In this document: positions 62,749 to 64,000 of the stretch, piece by piece | Position numbering within the stretch: position 1 is the stretch's first letter | Layout: each line of letters opens with the position of its first letter | Assembly (NCBI GenBank): GCA_043228905.1 | Contig: JBHGNT010000008.1 | Location: forward strand, 6,262,001-6,326,000 | DNA from: Azolla caroliniana | Lineage: Eukaryota > Plantae > Polypodiophyta | Length of the DNA: 64,000 nt | Direction of reading: 5' to 3' | Program-made: the position numbers and the translations under genes | Notes under the pieces: generated by a model | Told to the model about the DNA's origin: nothing | What the model saw: only the letters and a program-made list of their open reading frames with translations | Database searches by the model: none

Positions 62749-63660
62749 CTTAGAATGCTTCAACATGCACTCAACCAAATTTGCTTCGACCCCGCTCCCG
62801 ATTAATCTGTAGCTATCTCAGTGAGACTGCCCAACATCTGGTCTGGAGGGGGAAGTTATGAAGTCGGTACCGTATGCACCGGTAGTCAGCTCCTTCATGT
62901 ACGCGATGGTCGCGACATGGCCTGACATTGCTCACGCCGTCGGAGTCATTAGCAAATTTATGCACAATCCTAGTTGATCGTATTGGAACAGAATCAAGCA
63001 TCTGTTCAAATATCTGGTGGGAAAAAAAGACTATGGCATCTTATTCCACCCGAACGATACCTCAGACGTAGTCGGTTATACCGACTCTGACTTTGCCGGT
63101 TGTGTGGACAGTCGAAAATCGACAACCGGATATTGTTTCAAATTCGGCAATGGAGTGATTTCGTGGAAATCGAAACTTTAGGAGTGCACTGTCACATCAA
63201 CGACTGAGGCCGAATATGTAGCCACGTCCGATGCAATGAAAGAGGCCCTATGGCTTGGTCGGCTGGTGCACATGTTTCGACAACCGACTCAGTTCCAGAC
63301 ATCTACAACAACAGTTAGGGTGTTGTTTCTCTTCTGAAATATCTGGTTCATCACAACACCTTCAAGCATATTGAAGTTCGATATCACTTTGTTCAAGACT
63401 ACATCATTTCAAGGAAAATCAGTCTCGAGAAGATACCTATAGCCAATAATGTCGCAGATGGGATGACCAAGTGTCTTTCGACGGATCGATTTTGATCCCT
63501 TCGGTACTAGATGAGCGTAATGAAGAATCAGTCTGATTGAGTCGGACAGTCAGGAGGTTCGGTCTTAGTTCCTTTGACCCCGGCCAATTCAGCCTTCTGT
63601 TTTTCGGAGTTTACCGACTCGAACCGAAATTTGATTTGTTGGATGACCTTGTACAAATTT

Positions 63661-63929
63661 GTACGCTTGCTCCCTTTCTGTTTATTTTAGTTTCTGAAGC
63701 TTTTTCTGATTACCTTAGGAGTAGGAGTGTAGATATTCATGGTATCGCCTCACCTATACAGGGACATGCATCCTCAACTGTTGATTAAGAATTTGTTGAT
63801 GACAATGCATTATATGTTTTTGTAGAAAAGGACAATTTGTTGAATGTTCAACAAGAGTTAACAGATTTTTATGATGCTTTGGGAGCCTTGATCAACCAGG
63901 ACAAGTCCATGGATTTTTGGGTTGCATCT
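63661..63929 (+). mobile_element. L1 RT fragment, probable continuation of 42350-45839
   Basis: LAPFLFILVSEA...FVDD...GALINQDKS motifs. Confidence 0.75.
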
Positions 63930-64000
63930 TGTTAGAAATATTGAAAATCGATGAGATAGGAATATAGAGTTACAAACACAGAGATGGATATATAAAAACA
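63930..64000. other. Possible start of another LTR insertion running off the window
   Basis: L1 homology stops abruptly at TGTTAG. Too short to verify. Confidence 0.35.

Larger units (their letters stand above)
45840..63660 (+). mobile_element. Copia E, old and degenerate: 5' LTR 45840-46190, 3' LTR missing, split by G2 and a MITE
   Basis: TGTTG...CAACA LTR, PBS TGATATCAGAGC at 46193-46204, gag (LMSSLPPSWETFV, CNYCKKPGH), WLLDS, then NVRHVP, integrase, RT (YMDN) and RNase H between 60270 and 63535. Confidence 0.85.

Overview
This is a gene-free, deeply nested transposon cluster of eukaryotic origin. It most likely comes from a non-seed land plant (fern, lycophyte or bryophyte), inferred from a Tcn1-type chromovirus, RTE-X-like LINEs and a plant-type tRNA-Asp. 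No host protein-coding gene was found. Nesting, resolved mostly from target-site duplications (TSDs): (i) a plus-strand non-chromoviral Gypsy (G1, <1-14478) with a large extra ORF hosts a Tcn1-like chromovirus (412-6835), which hosts a hAT MITE. (ii) A minus-strand Copia (A2) hosts Copia B (16673-31240), which hosts a G1 solo LTR, a very young Copia C with apparently identical LTRs, a solo LTR D and an RTE-X LINE. (iii) A complete Copia A1 lies at 33154-39113. (iv) A deleted Athila-like element has a primer-binding site (PBS) that is a whole CCA-tailed tRNA-Asp. (v) A decayed L1 hosts an RTE-X fragment and Copia E. Copia E hosts a second hAT MITE and a chromovirus (G2, 47887-60148), and G2 hosts a 4.3-kb TIR/foldback element. 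The most striking theme is unusual use of tRNA sequence: G1 has a tRNA-Arg 3' end (an inverted PBS) where the polypurine tract (PPT) should be; a full reverse-transcribed tRNA-Asp sits at a PBS; chromovirus LTRs and leaders carry tRNA-like Pol III A/B-box modules, five copies of which are arrayed with long palindromes inside the foldback element; and the Tcn1 element shows a self-priming signature. All calls were made by eye with no database searches, and family names come from motif recognition.
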